From IMG/VR virus record IMGVR_UViG_3300042691_017862: 64,000 nt of DNA, one strand, 5' to 3'. Positions 18,850-28,948 of the stretch are shown here, one piece after another. The translations under genes were made by a program, and so were the position numbers. Under the pieces are notes generated by a model, which was not told the DNA's origin, made no database searches, and worked only from the letters and a program-made list of their open reading frames with translations. This DNA is from an uncultured virus (IMG/VR IMGVR_UViG_3300042691_017862) (Duplodnaviria > Heunggongvirae > Uroviricota > Caudoviricetes). The first letter of the stretch is position 1. Every line of letters starts with the position of its first letter.

Positions 18850-19479
18850 ATGAAATTCCCAGAAGAATGGTTAGACATTCACGGCCTAGTATTACCACAA
18901 CCAAATGATAAAAGACCATGTGATAATGGTGTAATGTTTCTCTCAGTTGCTGTTTTACTAGGCTATGACTTTCCTGACTACAAAGAAACTATTAGATCTT
19001 GCTATTTACAACCGGGACTCATAGCTAGATGGCCCGGAAATGATTACGATCAAGCAGCTTGGGATGACTACATGACACTTGCTGTAGCTTGTATCTACCT
19101 AAAAGATAAGTCTATTCCAAGGGAAGTAGTAGCATACGCAATTGGAAACTTTTTTGTATTTAACACTGATAAAAAATTAGAAACGCGGGACTTTCTACTA
19201 CGTAACTTTCCGATTTGGCCTTTGATGTTCGTTGCCGCTTTCCCTATCCTAAGACTTCCAATATATCCACTACTTTGGTTAGTACAGAAGTTCTTCAAAG
19301 ATCCGTTTCATTTAATACAAGTCGATGATACTAGTGGATTTCAATTACAATGGTTGTTTTTACTTGGATGTAAATTATTAGGCTTTACTTTTCCTACATA
19401 TCAACTACATCATCTCTATAAACCAGTAGCTTTTCAAAGATACTATCATAAAGATCATCCTTTTAATGTAAATAAGTAG
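18850..19479 (+). CDS. Hypothetical protein
   Basis: 209-aa ORF in operon. Confidence 0.7.
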   Translation: MKFPEEWLDIHGLVLPQPNDKRPCDNGVMFLSVAVLLGYDFPDYKETIRSCYLQPGLIARWPGNDYDQAAWDDYMTLAVACIYLKDKSIPREVVAYAIGNFFVFNTDKKLETRDFLLRNFPIWPLMFVAAFPILRLPIYPLLWLVQKFFKDPFHLIQVDDTSGFQLQWLFLLGCKLLGFTFPTYQLHHLYKPVAFQRYYHKDHPFNVNK

Positions 19480-19508
19480 TTGACTTTTTTTCATCTCGCT
19501 GTTAAAAT
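19480..19508 (+). promoter_or_regulatory. sigma70-type promoter, probably leaderless transcript
   Basis: TTGACT-17 bp-TAAAAT with TG extension; ATG at 19516. Confidence 0.7.
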
Positions 19509-19515
19509 ATAAGAG

Positions 19516-19839
19516 ATGAAGATTGTAAAACTAAGTAAAAGTGACCTAAAAGACACTGTAAGAATCCTCAAAAAATGTGGAGCAGTTAATCTTGAACGTA
19601 ACAGAGCATTTCCAAGCCATGTTTACGTATCTCCTTATTCCTATAAAACCCTTGAAAAAAATCTAAGAATCCTTGCTAAAAAGCAACGAAGATATGCAAC
19701 GAAAAGACTGTTGGATAACCTCGTTGGCATGGAGCTTCTAAACCTCGGTCCTGTAGTCCTAAAAGGATTGCCGGATAACGTCGCATTAGTTGACAATGAA
19801 GCTATTAAATTAGACATGGAGATCGAAGATGGCAAATAG
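19516..19839 (+). CDS. Hypothetical basic protein
   Basis: ORF track. Confidence 0.7.
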   Translation: MKIVKLSKSDLKDTVRILKKCGAVNLERNRAFPSHVYVSPYSYKTLEKNLRILAKKQRRYATKRLLDNLVGMELLNLGPVVLKGLPDNVALVDNEAIKLDMEIEDGK

Positions 19840-20941
19840 ATTAAGTCATAGTTCGATAAGCAAATGGCAACAATGTCCAACGAGCTGGAAATTGCATTAT
19901 GTCAATCGCATCCGCACTACTAAAAGTAAAGCGGCACTTCTCTTTGGAACAGCTCTTGATAAAAGCATCTCTGCTATTCTAGAAAAAGTAGATGATCAAA
20001 CCGGAGAACAGATTTTCGACCAGTATTGGAGATTTCAATACGTTAATGGTAAACAAGAGTACATCCCGACTCTATCAAATCTTGTATATGCTAAAGCTGA
20101 TTTTGATGAAGAACTTGTAACAGAAGAAGGTTGGTCTAAGATCGAGACAACCAAAGAAGAAGTGCTGAACCTTATCCAACGTAGAAATTCTGAAGGATTC
20201 GACGCGCTTTCTGACGAACAGAAGTCTATTGTGAACCATGCTTATTGGTGGAGCATGCATACAAAAGGACATCTAATGATCAAGGCTTTCCGAAAGAAGG
20301 TTATTCCAAAGATCAAGAAGGTCTATAGCACTCAAGAAGAGATCAATCTAGAAAATGATGAAGGTGATGCTGTAATTGGATTTATTGACTTAATTGCTGA
20401 TATTGAAGGATACGATCGACCGGTCATTTTAGACTTAAAGACTTCGGCTAGAAATTACGACGAAGAAACTAGTGTAATTTATAGCCCACAGTTAAGCTTG
20501 TATACCCATGCAATGAGTGAGAAGTACAACACCAGACTCGCAGGATACATTGTATTAAACAAAGCTGTAATCAAGAATAGGACAAAGATTTGTTCTGTAT
20601 GTAATCATGATGGTTCTGGTAGCAGAGCAAAGACTTGCGATCAAGAAACTCTACAAACAGTTGAATCTAAGAAAGGTCCATCAGAAAAGCTTGTACGTTG
20701 TAACGGAGCTTGGAACGAAACACTTGATCCAGACATCTATGTACAGTTTCTAGTAGAAGAGATTCCAGAAGCTACAGAAAATCTCATTATTGAAAATATT
20801 ATTGACATCAATCAATCCATAAAGCATAATGTATATAGTAAGAACTTGAGTAGCTGTCTAAATAGTTTTGGAAATCCCTGTGATTACATAGACTTATGCT
20901 ACAAGGGTAAAATGGACGGACTAAAGGAGTTTGAGAAGTGA
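19829..20941 (+). CDS. PD-(D/E)XK nuclease (RecB/Cas4-like exonuclease)
   Basis: LSHSSISKWQQCP, GFIDL, ILDLKTS, QLSLY, C-terminal C..C.Y..LC. Confidence 0.85.
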   Translation: MANRLSHSSISKWQQCPTSWKLHYVNRIRTTKSKAALLFGTALDKSISAILEKVDDQTGEQIFDQYWRFQYVNGKQEYIPTLSNLVYAKADFDEELVTEEGWSKIETTKEEVLNLIQRRNSEGFDALSDEQKSIVNHAYWWSMHTKGHLMIKAFRKKVIPKIKKVYSTQEEINLENDEGDAVIGFIDLIADIEGYDRPVILDLKTSARNYDEETSVIYSPQLSLYTHAMSEKYNTRLAGYIVLNKAVIKNRTKICSVCNHDGSGSRAKTCDQETLQTVESKKGPSEKLVRCNGAWNETLDPDIYVQFLVEEIPEATENLIIENIIDINQSIKHNVYSKNLSSCLNSFGNPCDYIDLCYKGKMDGLKEFEK

Positions 20942-21125
20942 AAATAGAATATACAAATGCTGTTGAATTCATCATTAGAGATGACGGCAAAGTTTTAGCA
21001 TATTTACAAAGCGAAAATCCGGAAATTTGGAATTGGGACGAAAATTATTATACATTGCCAGAATTTTTAGAAAAATTTAAGTATTATCAAAAAATAGACA
21101 TGACATATACAATCAAGGGGGAATT

Positions 21126-21329
21126 ATGAAATTTATTAGACTATCAGAAGGCATCTACGGATTTGGATCGGGCGGCGTTAATAGGATTGAGCCTATCGAC
21201 AATCGTTACGGAGCTACTGTTTACAACACAGTTTTGTATAATAACCTAACTAAAATCGGCGCAGTAAAAGAAACTGTCGAAGACGTACAAAAACTACTTG
21301 ACAATGTGTCGGAAAAGAAGGAGAATTAG
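21126..21329 (+). CDS. Small protein, weakly FlbD/SwrD-like
   Basis: MKFIRL...NRIEP...VKETVEDVQKLL pattern. Confidence 0.35.
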   Translation: MKFIRLSEGIYGFGSGGVNRIEPIDNRYGATVYNTVLYNNLTKIGAVKETVEDVQKLLDNVSEKKEN

Positions 21330-21763
21330 TATATGGAAAAAGTAAGACTAACATTAACAAATGGACAAGATGTAATTTTAGAAAACGAGTCAACTGATAA
21401 ACCTTTTGATGATATTATGCAATTTAATGATCAAAGTCACGTTGTAAAAGCTAAGGATGGTCTTCGCATCCCTTTGCGTAGTATCGTAACGTATCAGATT
21501 ATGGAGACAACAAATGGCTAAGAAATCACAAGTAGAAATTCCCGATGTAGAAGAAGTTACAGAACTTACCTTACCAAAAGTCTTTAATAAGAGAGCTTAT
21601 TCTGTCATTCAAAAAGATGGGCAGTATCACCTAATTTGTGTATCTTTTAACGATAGCTTAGAAGTTGGTACTGCTACTATCATGGAGTCGAACAAGGACT
21701 CGTTTGAGATTGAGTACTCATTAGAACAAGCTGTGGAACAAATGATGTATGACTAAATAGTTC

Positions 21764-21792
21764 TTGACGTAATATTTACAATATAGTAAACT
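21764..21792 (+). promoter_or_regulatory. sigma70-type promoter
   Basis: TTGACG-17 bp-TAAACT upstream of the ERF gene. Confidence 0.7.
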
Positions 21793-21808
21793 ACATATAG
21801 GAGATAAC

Positions 21809-22474
21809 ATGAAAACTAGTGAATCAATTAAAAATCTAACAAAAGCTCTTTTACAAGCTCAAACTCAAATGGGAGCAGCTAAAAAAGACTCTAAAAATCC
21901 TTTCTTTAAATCTTCCTATGCTGATTTACCCACAGTAATGGAAGTAGTAAAAGCACCTCTTAACGAAGCTGGTATCATTGTATTGCAACCAGCATCAAAT
22001 AGAGATGGTAAGAACTTTATCACAACGACCTTGATCCACGGTGAAACTGGCGAATGGATGACTTCAGAAACAGAAGTAGTATCAGCTAAACAGAATGACC
22101 CACAAGCTTTTGGTGCCGCTCAAACTTATGCACGACGTTTTGGTCTACAAGCTATGCTCTTTATCCCAGCGGAAGATGATGACGGCAATGCCGCAGCAGG
22201 ACGCACTACAACACAAGCTCGCCCGACTCCAACCGCTACTCCAGTGGCAAAAGCTGCTAATCCATTGACAGCAGGACTTCCAGCTAATACCGCACTTTTA
22301 GGCAACAATACAAATGTAAATGTTGAGTTCGATGCTATTCCAGCTCCAGCAAAAACAGAAGCTGCACCAGCTACTACAATACTAGAACCTCTTAAGAAAT
22401 CTAGCTTTCGAAACAAAGCTGCACCAAAACCTGTAGTAACAGCTACAACAACCGATGAGAATGGTTGGAACTAA
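21809..22474 (+). CDS. erf: ERF-family ssDNA annealing protein
   Basis: KDSKNPFFKSSYADL, LIHGETGEW, PQAFGAAQTYARRFGL...EDDDGN. Confidence 0.9.
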   Translation: MKTSESIKNLTKALLQAQTQMGAAKKDSKNPFFKSSYADLPTVMEVVKAPLNEAGIIVLQPASNRDGKNFITTTLIHGETGEWMTSETEVVSAKQNDPQAFGAAQTYARRFGLQAMLFIPAEDDDGNAAAGRTTTQARPTPTATPVAKAANPLTAGLPANTALLGNNTNVNVEFDAIPAPAKTEAAPATTILEPLKKSSFRNKAAPKPVVTATTTDENGWN

Positions 22475-23112
22475 TGCTAAGTCAGTACGTCACTAGAAAC
22501 GGACTTCTAGCTTCGATAAATGGAATTTCGGAGTATCGTATTTATAACGAAGATCATATCATGTTATCAGGTACGGTTGACGGACAAGATTGTGAATGGG
22601 ATAAGCAAGGACGCTACCGCTTAAATAGGGTTCTAGGGATTAAGGAACCCCACAGTCTTGATTTAGTAGGTTGGATTGAAGATGAAGTAAATGATGGTAA
22701 ATATTATTTTGAAGCGAAGGGAAAAGTATGACAAATACAGAATATACACTGTTATTAACACGAGTTGTTAATAAAATGGATCAAATTGATACTAGTGGAT
22801 TCGAAAATCCAGAAAATGGTAATAAATTAGTAGAAGCTCTTCAACAAATTACAAACGATGTTAAAGAAGTAGTTGATTTATATAATAAGGAAAAAGTATG
22901 AGAGAATTGAGATTAAATCCAATCAAACACGAAATTGTTTTGGAAGCAACTGTTGTGGAAAAATTAGTAGGCATCGTTGAATTAAATACAAATATTAAAA
23001 ATGGTACATACATTTCTGGAAAAGATGCAGAAGAAATTGGGAAATGGTTTTCAGATCTTAGTAAAAATCTTAAAAAAGAATCTAAAAAACTACAAGAAAC
23101 TAGGAGTAAATA

Positions 23113-23610
23113 ATGACAACAGAAGCAGCATTAGATAATGAAGAACTTGTACAAATTGAGAACGCCTCTACACCAGAGGAAGTAATTGATACACGTAGTC
23201 CCGCTGAAATTGAAGCAGAGCTAATGAAAAAAGCAGAGCAGGAAGCTATCGAAGCTATCTCAGCTCAACCACCAGAAGTAGTTGCTGGTCAATTCTTTCA
23301 GCTAGTTTATCCTATGTACCAAGCTCGTGTACAAGGTCTAATGGCTAAAGATGCCAAAGACGTTTTAGACGCTCTTATTTCATGGCCTTTAGAACGTGAA
23401 ACCGTAAACTTTAGATCAGAAGCTGTTGAATCTGTATTCTCTCTTGGTAGTAGATTACTAGATGCTAAATTCATCATTCTACAAGCAGCACAAATGGACG
23501 AAAAAATTGCTCTTGACAAAGCATCACAAACAGGAGATACTAGTACTACAGAAGCAGTATTAGCATCTGTACAAACAAGTTTCGAACAAGGAGAAACCGT
23601 AAATGGCTAG
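23113..23610 (+). CDS. Acidic hypothetical protein
   Basis: ORF track; AGGAG SD. Confidence 0.7.
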   Translation: MTTEAALDNEELVQIENASTPEEVIDTRSPAEIEAELMKKAEQEAIEAISAQPPEVVAGQFFQLVYPMYQARVQGLMAKDAKDVLDALISWPLERETVNFRSEAVESVFSLGSRLLDAKFIILQAAQMDEKIALDKASQTGDTSTTEAVLASVQTSFEQGETVNG

Positions 23611-23869
23611 ACAAAAAATTGGTAGTGTATATAAATCACAAGACCCAAGTAAATCAAATTATATCAAAGTTGACTTGCAAAACAAGGACAGCATCACTCT
23701 TAAGCATGGTGAATATGTTCAAGTTGAGTCAAAAGCTTACCAACTGAAATCACTAGAAGCCGCAGTAGCTGCTGGTAGAATGTCAGAAGAAAATGGTGAA
23801 AAAGCTAGAGCACGTATTGAAAAGATGCCCGATTTTGTACTAGGTGAGTTGATCCTCGTTACTAAATAA
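23603..23869 (+). CDS. Hypothetical protein
   Basis: ORF track; AAGGAG SD; followed by terminator. Confidence 0.7.
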   Translation: MARQKIGSVYKSQDPSKSNYIKVDLQNKDSITLKHGEYVQVESKAYQLKSLEAAVAAGRMSEENGEKARARIEKMPDFVLGELILVTK

Positions 23870-23895
23870 TCCCTCCACAACTCATCTAACCCCTA

Positions 23896-23946
23896 AGCCC
23901 ACAGTTAAATAGTTCCTCCGCTATTTGATTGTGGGTTTTTTATTTT
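23896..23946 (+). terminator. Long-stem Rho-independent terminator
   Basis: AGCCCACAGTTAAATAG-TTCCTCCG-CTATTTGATTGTGGGTT then T tract. Confidence 0.8.
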
Positions 23947-24331
23947 AAGGACTTCAAATGAAATATCAGATTTACCACGGAACACAAGATAAAGGTCACT
24001 CAAAACAATTTACAGCAGCGGTTGAAATCCCCACTAAGGAAAATCTACGTATCGATGTATACAAACTTCTCGGAGAAAATCCCAAGGCAATCGTTTCATA
24101 CAATATTGGATTTGCTAACCTAAATCCAAAAGATCGTTATGTTAGAAAAATGGGCAAACAGTTAGCTTGCGAAAGAATGGAACAACAGCAATTAAAGCTT
24201 GTAGAAATTATTGTATGTGAAGATAGGAAATCTATTGTATTATCTAACGAACGTGTTATGATAGTACTGGAGATGAAGGAAAATAGGGACAAAGTTCATC
24301 TCATAGAAGTACAAATTGCATAAGGAACAAC

Positions 24332-26281
24332 ATGGAAAAAGTAACGATGGAAAATAAAAACAAATACTTCAACTTCAAAGAAACTCTAACTGGTAAACCA
24401 AAGCTAATGACTTTGAAACAGATCCAAGAGTTTAAGACAGATCCAAATAAAGACTACTACACCTCTATCTATAGTTACAATGATGCTCATAAAAAGCGGG
24501 TTGAAGAAACTGGCTCTATTGCTGGCATTAAAGACGTAACTACAAACACTCTTGTATTTGACTTTGATAGTTCAGATCTAGAGTTGGCTAGACAAGACGT
24601 TGTAACTCTTGGTCAGCGTCTTATGACTGACTGTAACGTCAATCCCGATGACATTGCTTGTTATATGTCTGGTAATAAAGGCTTTCACGTAGTAGTACCC
24701 CTAGACCGTGATATTACTCCAGAACAGTTTAAGCAAGCTACTTCAATCCTCGCTAAAGATCTAGCAACATTTGATCCAGTTGTTTCAGATCCTCAACGTG
24801 TTATTAGACTTGAGTATACAAAACATCCAAAGAGTGGTCTATACAAAATCCCGCTCCACCTTGCAGAAATTGCAGAAGAAATGACCATTGATCAGATCAA
24901 AGAACTTGCAAAGACTCCGCGAGAAGACTATGAACACAATGCTAGTCCAGTAAATCTACCAGAGTCTCTATTTAAGATGAAAGAGAAGAAAAAGGAAACA
25001 ACAATGACTTCAACTTCTTCTTTGGACTTAACCAAGAAGCCAAAAGGTTGGCAGGACTACGTTTACGCAATCCTAGAAGGACATTACGACGCTAAAGAAA
25101 GACATCAAGCTTTGCTTGTATTGGCAGCTAAATGTCGTGGTATGGGATATGATAAAGAGCAAACATACTACCTATGTAAAAGCAGTCTAAAGAAACAGGC
25201 AGCTATTAAAGGTCAAGACGAGTTTAATAAAGAAGAGCTATTCAAAAACATCATTGAAGATAGTGTATACTCAGATCGATGGGAAGGTGGAAGCTTTTCT
25301 CCAAAAAATAACCCTTGGCTCGCTCAGTATTGTGAGAGACATGGAATCCGTTGGGACAATCGTTCAGAAGCTAATGTAACATCTGTAACAGAAGCATTTG
25401 ACTCGTTTGAAAACTTCGCAACTAATATCGATAAGAATACAATCAAAACAGGTATTCCCGGATTAGATGAAGTATTACGACTCACAATTGGAATGAGCGT
25501 TGGTCTTGTTGCTAGTCCCGGTGTTGGTAAGACTTCTGTATCTCTTCAAATGCTTAATAATATGTCAAAACAAGGACACCGTTGTATTTTCTTCTCATAT
25601 GATATGTACGCACCTATCGTATACCAGAAACTAGTACAAAAGCATTTCAATATTAGCTCAAAAGATATGTTTGAGAAGTTTAAGACAGATCCTAGCTTTA
25701 GAGAGAAAGTTAAGGTAAAGATCTCAGAAGAATATTCAAATGTTAGCTTCTGTTTTAAGACCGGACAAAACGTACCAGATATTGAAGCTACTATTGACGA
25801 AGTGGAGTCAACTACAGGACAGCGAGTTAAGTTCATGGTAGTAGACTATAATGAACTAGTACAAACTGACTATTCTGACTCTACCGCAGCATCTTCATTC
25901 GTTGCTCAAAAGATGAGAGAGATTGCCCAACGTCGTGAGATCTGTGTGTTCAGTTTATTCCAACCATCTAAGATTTCTGGAACTCCAGCGGATGAAATCA
26001 AGTCATATAACAGTGCTAAAGGTTCTGGGGCTATTTCACAGTCTGTATCAGTGATGCTTGGTATGTCTCGTCCGGGATATAATCCACAAAAGCCTGAAAG
26101 TGATCGTTTCATTAACTTAGCGTGTCTAAAAAATCGAATGGGGCCGCTCTTTAGTTTGGACTGGACATGGCATGGACTTACTGGTACTATTAGTAGAATG
26201 AATGATGATGACTTTGAAGAATTAAGAGAAATTCGTGAGAGAAAAGCAGCAGAATCTTCTGGTAGCGGAGGATGGGACTAA
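24332..26281 (+). CDS. Primase-polymerase (AEP) fused to DnaB-like SF4 helicase
   Basis: AEP motifs VFDFD and SGNKGFHV; Walker A ASPGVGKTS; VVDY; GSGAISQ; KNRMG. Confidence 0.9.
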   Translation: MEKVTMENKNKYFNFKETLTGKPKLMTLKQIQEFKTDPNKDYYTSIYSYNDAHKKRVEETGSIAGIKDVTTNTLVFDFDSSDLELARQDVVTLGQRLMTDCNVNPDDIACYMSGNKGFHVVVPLDRDITPEQFKQATSILAKDLATFDPVVSDPQRVIRLEYTKHPKSGLYKIPLHLAEIAEEMTIDQIKELAKTPREDYEHNASPVNLPESLFKMKEKKKETTMTSTSSLDLTKKPKGWQDYVYAILEGHYDAKERHQALLVLAAKCRGMGYDKEQTYYLCKSSLKKQAAIKGQDEFNKEELFKNIIEDSVYSDRWEGGSFSPKNNPWLAQYCERHGIRWDNRSEANVTSVTEAFDSFENFATNIDKNTIKTGIPGLDEVLRLTIGMSVGLVASPGVGKTSVSLQMLNNMSKQGHRCIFFSYDMYAPIVYQKLVQKHFNISSKDMFEKFKTDPSFREKVKVKISEEYSNVSFCFKTGQNVPDIEATIDEVESTTGQRVKFMVVDYNELVQTDYSDSTAASSFVAQKMREIAQRREICVFSLFQPSKISGTPADEIKSYNSAKGSGAISQSVSVMLGMSRPGYNPQKPESDRFINLACLKNRMGPLFSLDWTWHGLTGTISRMNDDDFEELREIRERKAAESSGSGGWD

Positions 26282-26461
26282 TGAAACGAAAACTAGACGT
26301 AGATACAACAGTTGAAACGTATGATGCTTTAGGTGGAAAATATATCGCGATTAAAGAAAAATCTATATTTATTGACATTTCAAATCAAACAATTCGTTTA
26401 GATAAAACAGCTGCAAAAAAATTAAACAAATTTCTAGAAAAATATTTATCAAAGGATTCAA

Positions 26462-26701
26462 ATGAAAAGAAGTGACGTATTACTTTTAATTCATGATGTA
26501 ATTATAGATTATTCTTCCGAAGGTGAAATTATTCTTACATCAAAAATTGAAAGAGAAATGACCGAAAAAATTCTTCGTGCTATTGAAGAAGTGGGAATGC
26601 TTCCGCCTTCTTGCAAAAAGTTAGTAGGACCGTTAAATGGATATCCGGGACATGAAGAAGTCTATGTAAAACGTTCCGTACACGAATGGGAGAATGAATG
26701 A
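26462..26701 (+). CDS. Hypothetical protein, tandem paralog A
   Basis: MKRSDVL...EKILRAIEEVGMLPP...EWENE. Confidence 0.75.
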   Translation: MKRSDVLLLIHDVIIDYSSEGEIILTSKIEREMTEKILRAIEEVGMLPPSCKKLVGPLNGYPGHEEVYVKRSVHEWENE

Positions 26702-26910
26702 AAAGAAGTGAAGTACTTAATTTAATACGAGATACAATGAGAGCGGAAGAAGGTAAGGCAATTCATTTTAGAGAAATGATTGATAATATCCTTCCAGAAA
26801 AGATTCTTCGTACTATTGAAGAAGCAGGAATGATTCCCCCAGCTTTTACAGAGCGAATGAGTTGTGGATGCTGTTCTAGTTATCAAGAAGGAGAATGGGA
26901 GAAAGAATGA
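26698..26910 (+). CDS. Hypothetical protein, tandem paralog B
   Basis: MKRSEVL...EKILRTIEEAGMIPP...EWEKE. Confidence 0.75.
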   Translation: MKRSEVLNLIRDTMRAEEGKAIHFREMIDNILPEKILRTIEEAGMIPPAFTERMSCGCCSSYQEGEWEKE

Positions 26911-27417
26911 AACAAGTATCAGCAAACGGATTAAAAGGTACTCTAATCAGAAGTGGATCTAGTTTGTATTTCCGTGTATACTCTCACTCTAAATTTACAG
27001 ACTACGAAATTCAAATGCATGATATAGAAGTACAGATAAAAGATAGCGACGCCTTTTTAAAAGAGATTGAATCAACTGGTGAAATGGTTCTAGACTATAG
27101 TAACGAAACATTGGGGTATGATGAATGAGTGCTGAGAAGTGTAACATCTGTGGAGTATCTGGAACTAGCACATATAGATGCTGCGGTAATAACAAGGATT
27201 TTCGTATTAAACAAATACAGAAACAAATTATGATAATCGATGTTCAAATTCATGATCTAGAATATAAAAAACTAGAACTATATTCAGAGTTGGATAATCT
27301 ACAACTTGAAGAATGAGCTACTAGGTAAACTCTGGACTCTTTTGTATATAGAAACTGATTACGACGAAGACAGTCTAAAAGAATTGTGTGAGAAAATAGT
27401 TGAGGTAATGGAAAAAC

Positions 27418-27735
27418 ATGACAACGAAGAAAAGAACAAAAAAAACTGATCGACTATTTGACATTTTCTGCGGAGAAGCCGTTGCTGTAATGGTGAACCG
27501 GGATTCCGAGTCTACAACACAAACCGAGATCAAGATTGAGACCTTGAAAGCTCCTATTGTATTAGCGGGGTATCTTGTTGATACAGACGACGAGTTTCTA
27601 TATCTAGGACTTGATCCAGATGCTATTAATCAGGCAGTGAGAAGAGATACAGTAGTTCATATTGAGATAATGGAAAATCCGCTCGATGAAATTATGAACG
27701 GAATGGACTTTGGAAAAGAAGGAGGACTAAACTAA
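27418..27735 (+). CDS. Hypothetical protein, possible Sm-like fold
   Basis: GYLVDTDDEFLYL...AVRRDTVVHIE. Confidence 0.4.
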   Translation: MTTKKRTKKTDRLFDIFCGEAVAVMVNRDSESTTQTEIKIETLKAPIVLAGYLVDTDDEFLYLGLDPDAINQAVRRDTVVHIEIMENPLDEIMNGMDFGKEGGLN

Positions 27736-28265
27736 TGTTTGGATTATTTAAAAAGAAACCTGTAATAGAAAAAGTAACAAAAAAGATTAAAACGAATAAT
27801 GCAACTGTACATGTATTTTATGGCGATAATGAATATGGTACAATTACAAAAACTGGACATATATATTACCGTGGCGACATTCCTTACATGACTTCTGGAA
27901 AATATCTACTAGATTCTTATTTAGAAAACGTAAATAATTTTATAGAATTAGATAATGGATTAAGAATTCCAATTAGTAGTATTAAAAGATTTGATCCCGT
28001 TACAACAATTGAAATCGAGGTGGAAGTGTGAGATTTCTATTCGGAATTCTAAAAGGATTGAACAACGACATTCCAACGAGATGGGAAGTTCGTTATTGCC
28101 TAAATCTAATAGCTAAATACGATGATCATATTCCTCTCACTAATAGAATCCTACGAATGATGGAAGAGTATGCTTCTGGATACGAAATAGAAAACCTCAG
28201 AGATATCCATCTAGTACCTTACGAACGTGTTAGACAATGTTTAGTAAAGGGTTGTAGAGTTTCGT

Positions 28266-28559
28266 ATGAGCTACGATAAAGAATTAATCATTGATCTTGA
28301 ATTTGCTTTGTGTGCCAAACTACAACCAACTTTTCTTGCAATAAGCGAGCCAGATGAAGACACCGGTGAGATAGAGATCATCATATCATGCAATCAATTT
28401 AATAGAAAAAACATACAAGAAAGAGTTTCTATCATTTTTAAGTTGATCGAAAACTATGTCCCTGCTATACTTGAAGACAGGTTGATATTAGTTACAGCTT
28501 TGAACAACAACGAGATGGACGAGGTACTGGATGATTTATTTAGTAGGGAGTTATTTTGA
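28266..28559 (+). CDS. Possible BolA-like protein
   Basis: IEIIISCNQFNRKNIQERVSIIF resembles the BolA V.S..F......RHR.V motif, but the His is absent. Confidence 0.35.
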   Translation: MSYDKELIIDLEFALCAKLQPTFLAISEPDEDTGEIEIIISCNQFNRKNIQERVSIIFKLIENYVPAILEDRLILVTALNNNEMDEVLDDLFSRELF

Positions 28560-28734
28560 TTAAAGTGGGAGATGTGGTATTAGTAATGGGTAATCTAGAT
28601 AAGAGAATTAGAGAAAAGCAAACAGATGGCCCAGTTTATGGTACGGTAGACCAAATTCTAGCAGATGGTCAAGTCAGTGTAATTCTAGAAGACAATGACA
28701 TCTGGATCGGTTTAGTACGCGAGGTTTCTAAACA

Positions 28735-28941
28735 ATGAAATGGTTGCTACTATTAGCAGTACTTGCTAGTCTTTTAGGTTGCGGTATTCATGTAACATCA
28801 GATCCAATTATCGTAACCCATACTTTAGATTTATCATTAGTACGTCCTTATTGCGAACAGAAGTGTAACTATGATGCTACTTGTGTAACGACTTGTATCA
28901 ATGATTTCTTGTTGACTTTGAGCGGAGTTACTGTAAAATAG
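28735..28941 (+). CDS. Small Cys-rich lipoprotein
   Basis: MKWLLLLAVLASLLGC lipobox; CxxxC...CxxxC. Confidence 0.7.
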   Translation: MKWLLLLAVLASLLGCGIHVTSDPIIVTHTLDLSLVRPYCEQKCNYDATCVTTCINDFLLTLSGVTVK

Positions 28942-28948
28942 GAGAGGT

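Noticed and set aside
19829..20941. Cas4 / CRISPR system
   Set aside because: No repeat-spacer array or other cas genes in the window; proximity to ERF indicates a recombination exonuclease
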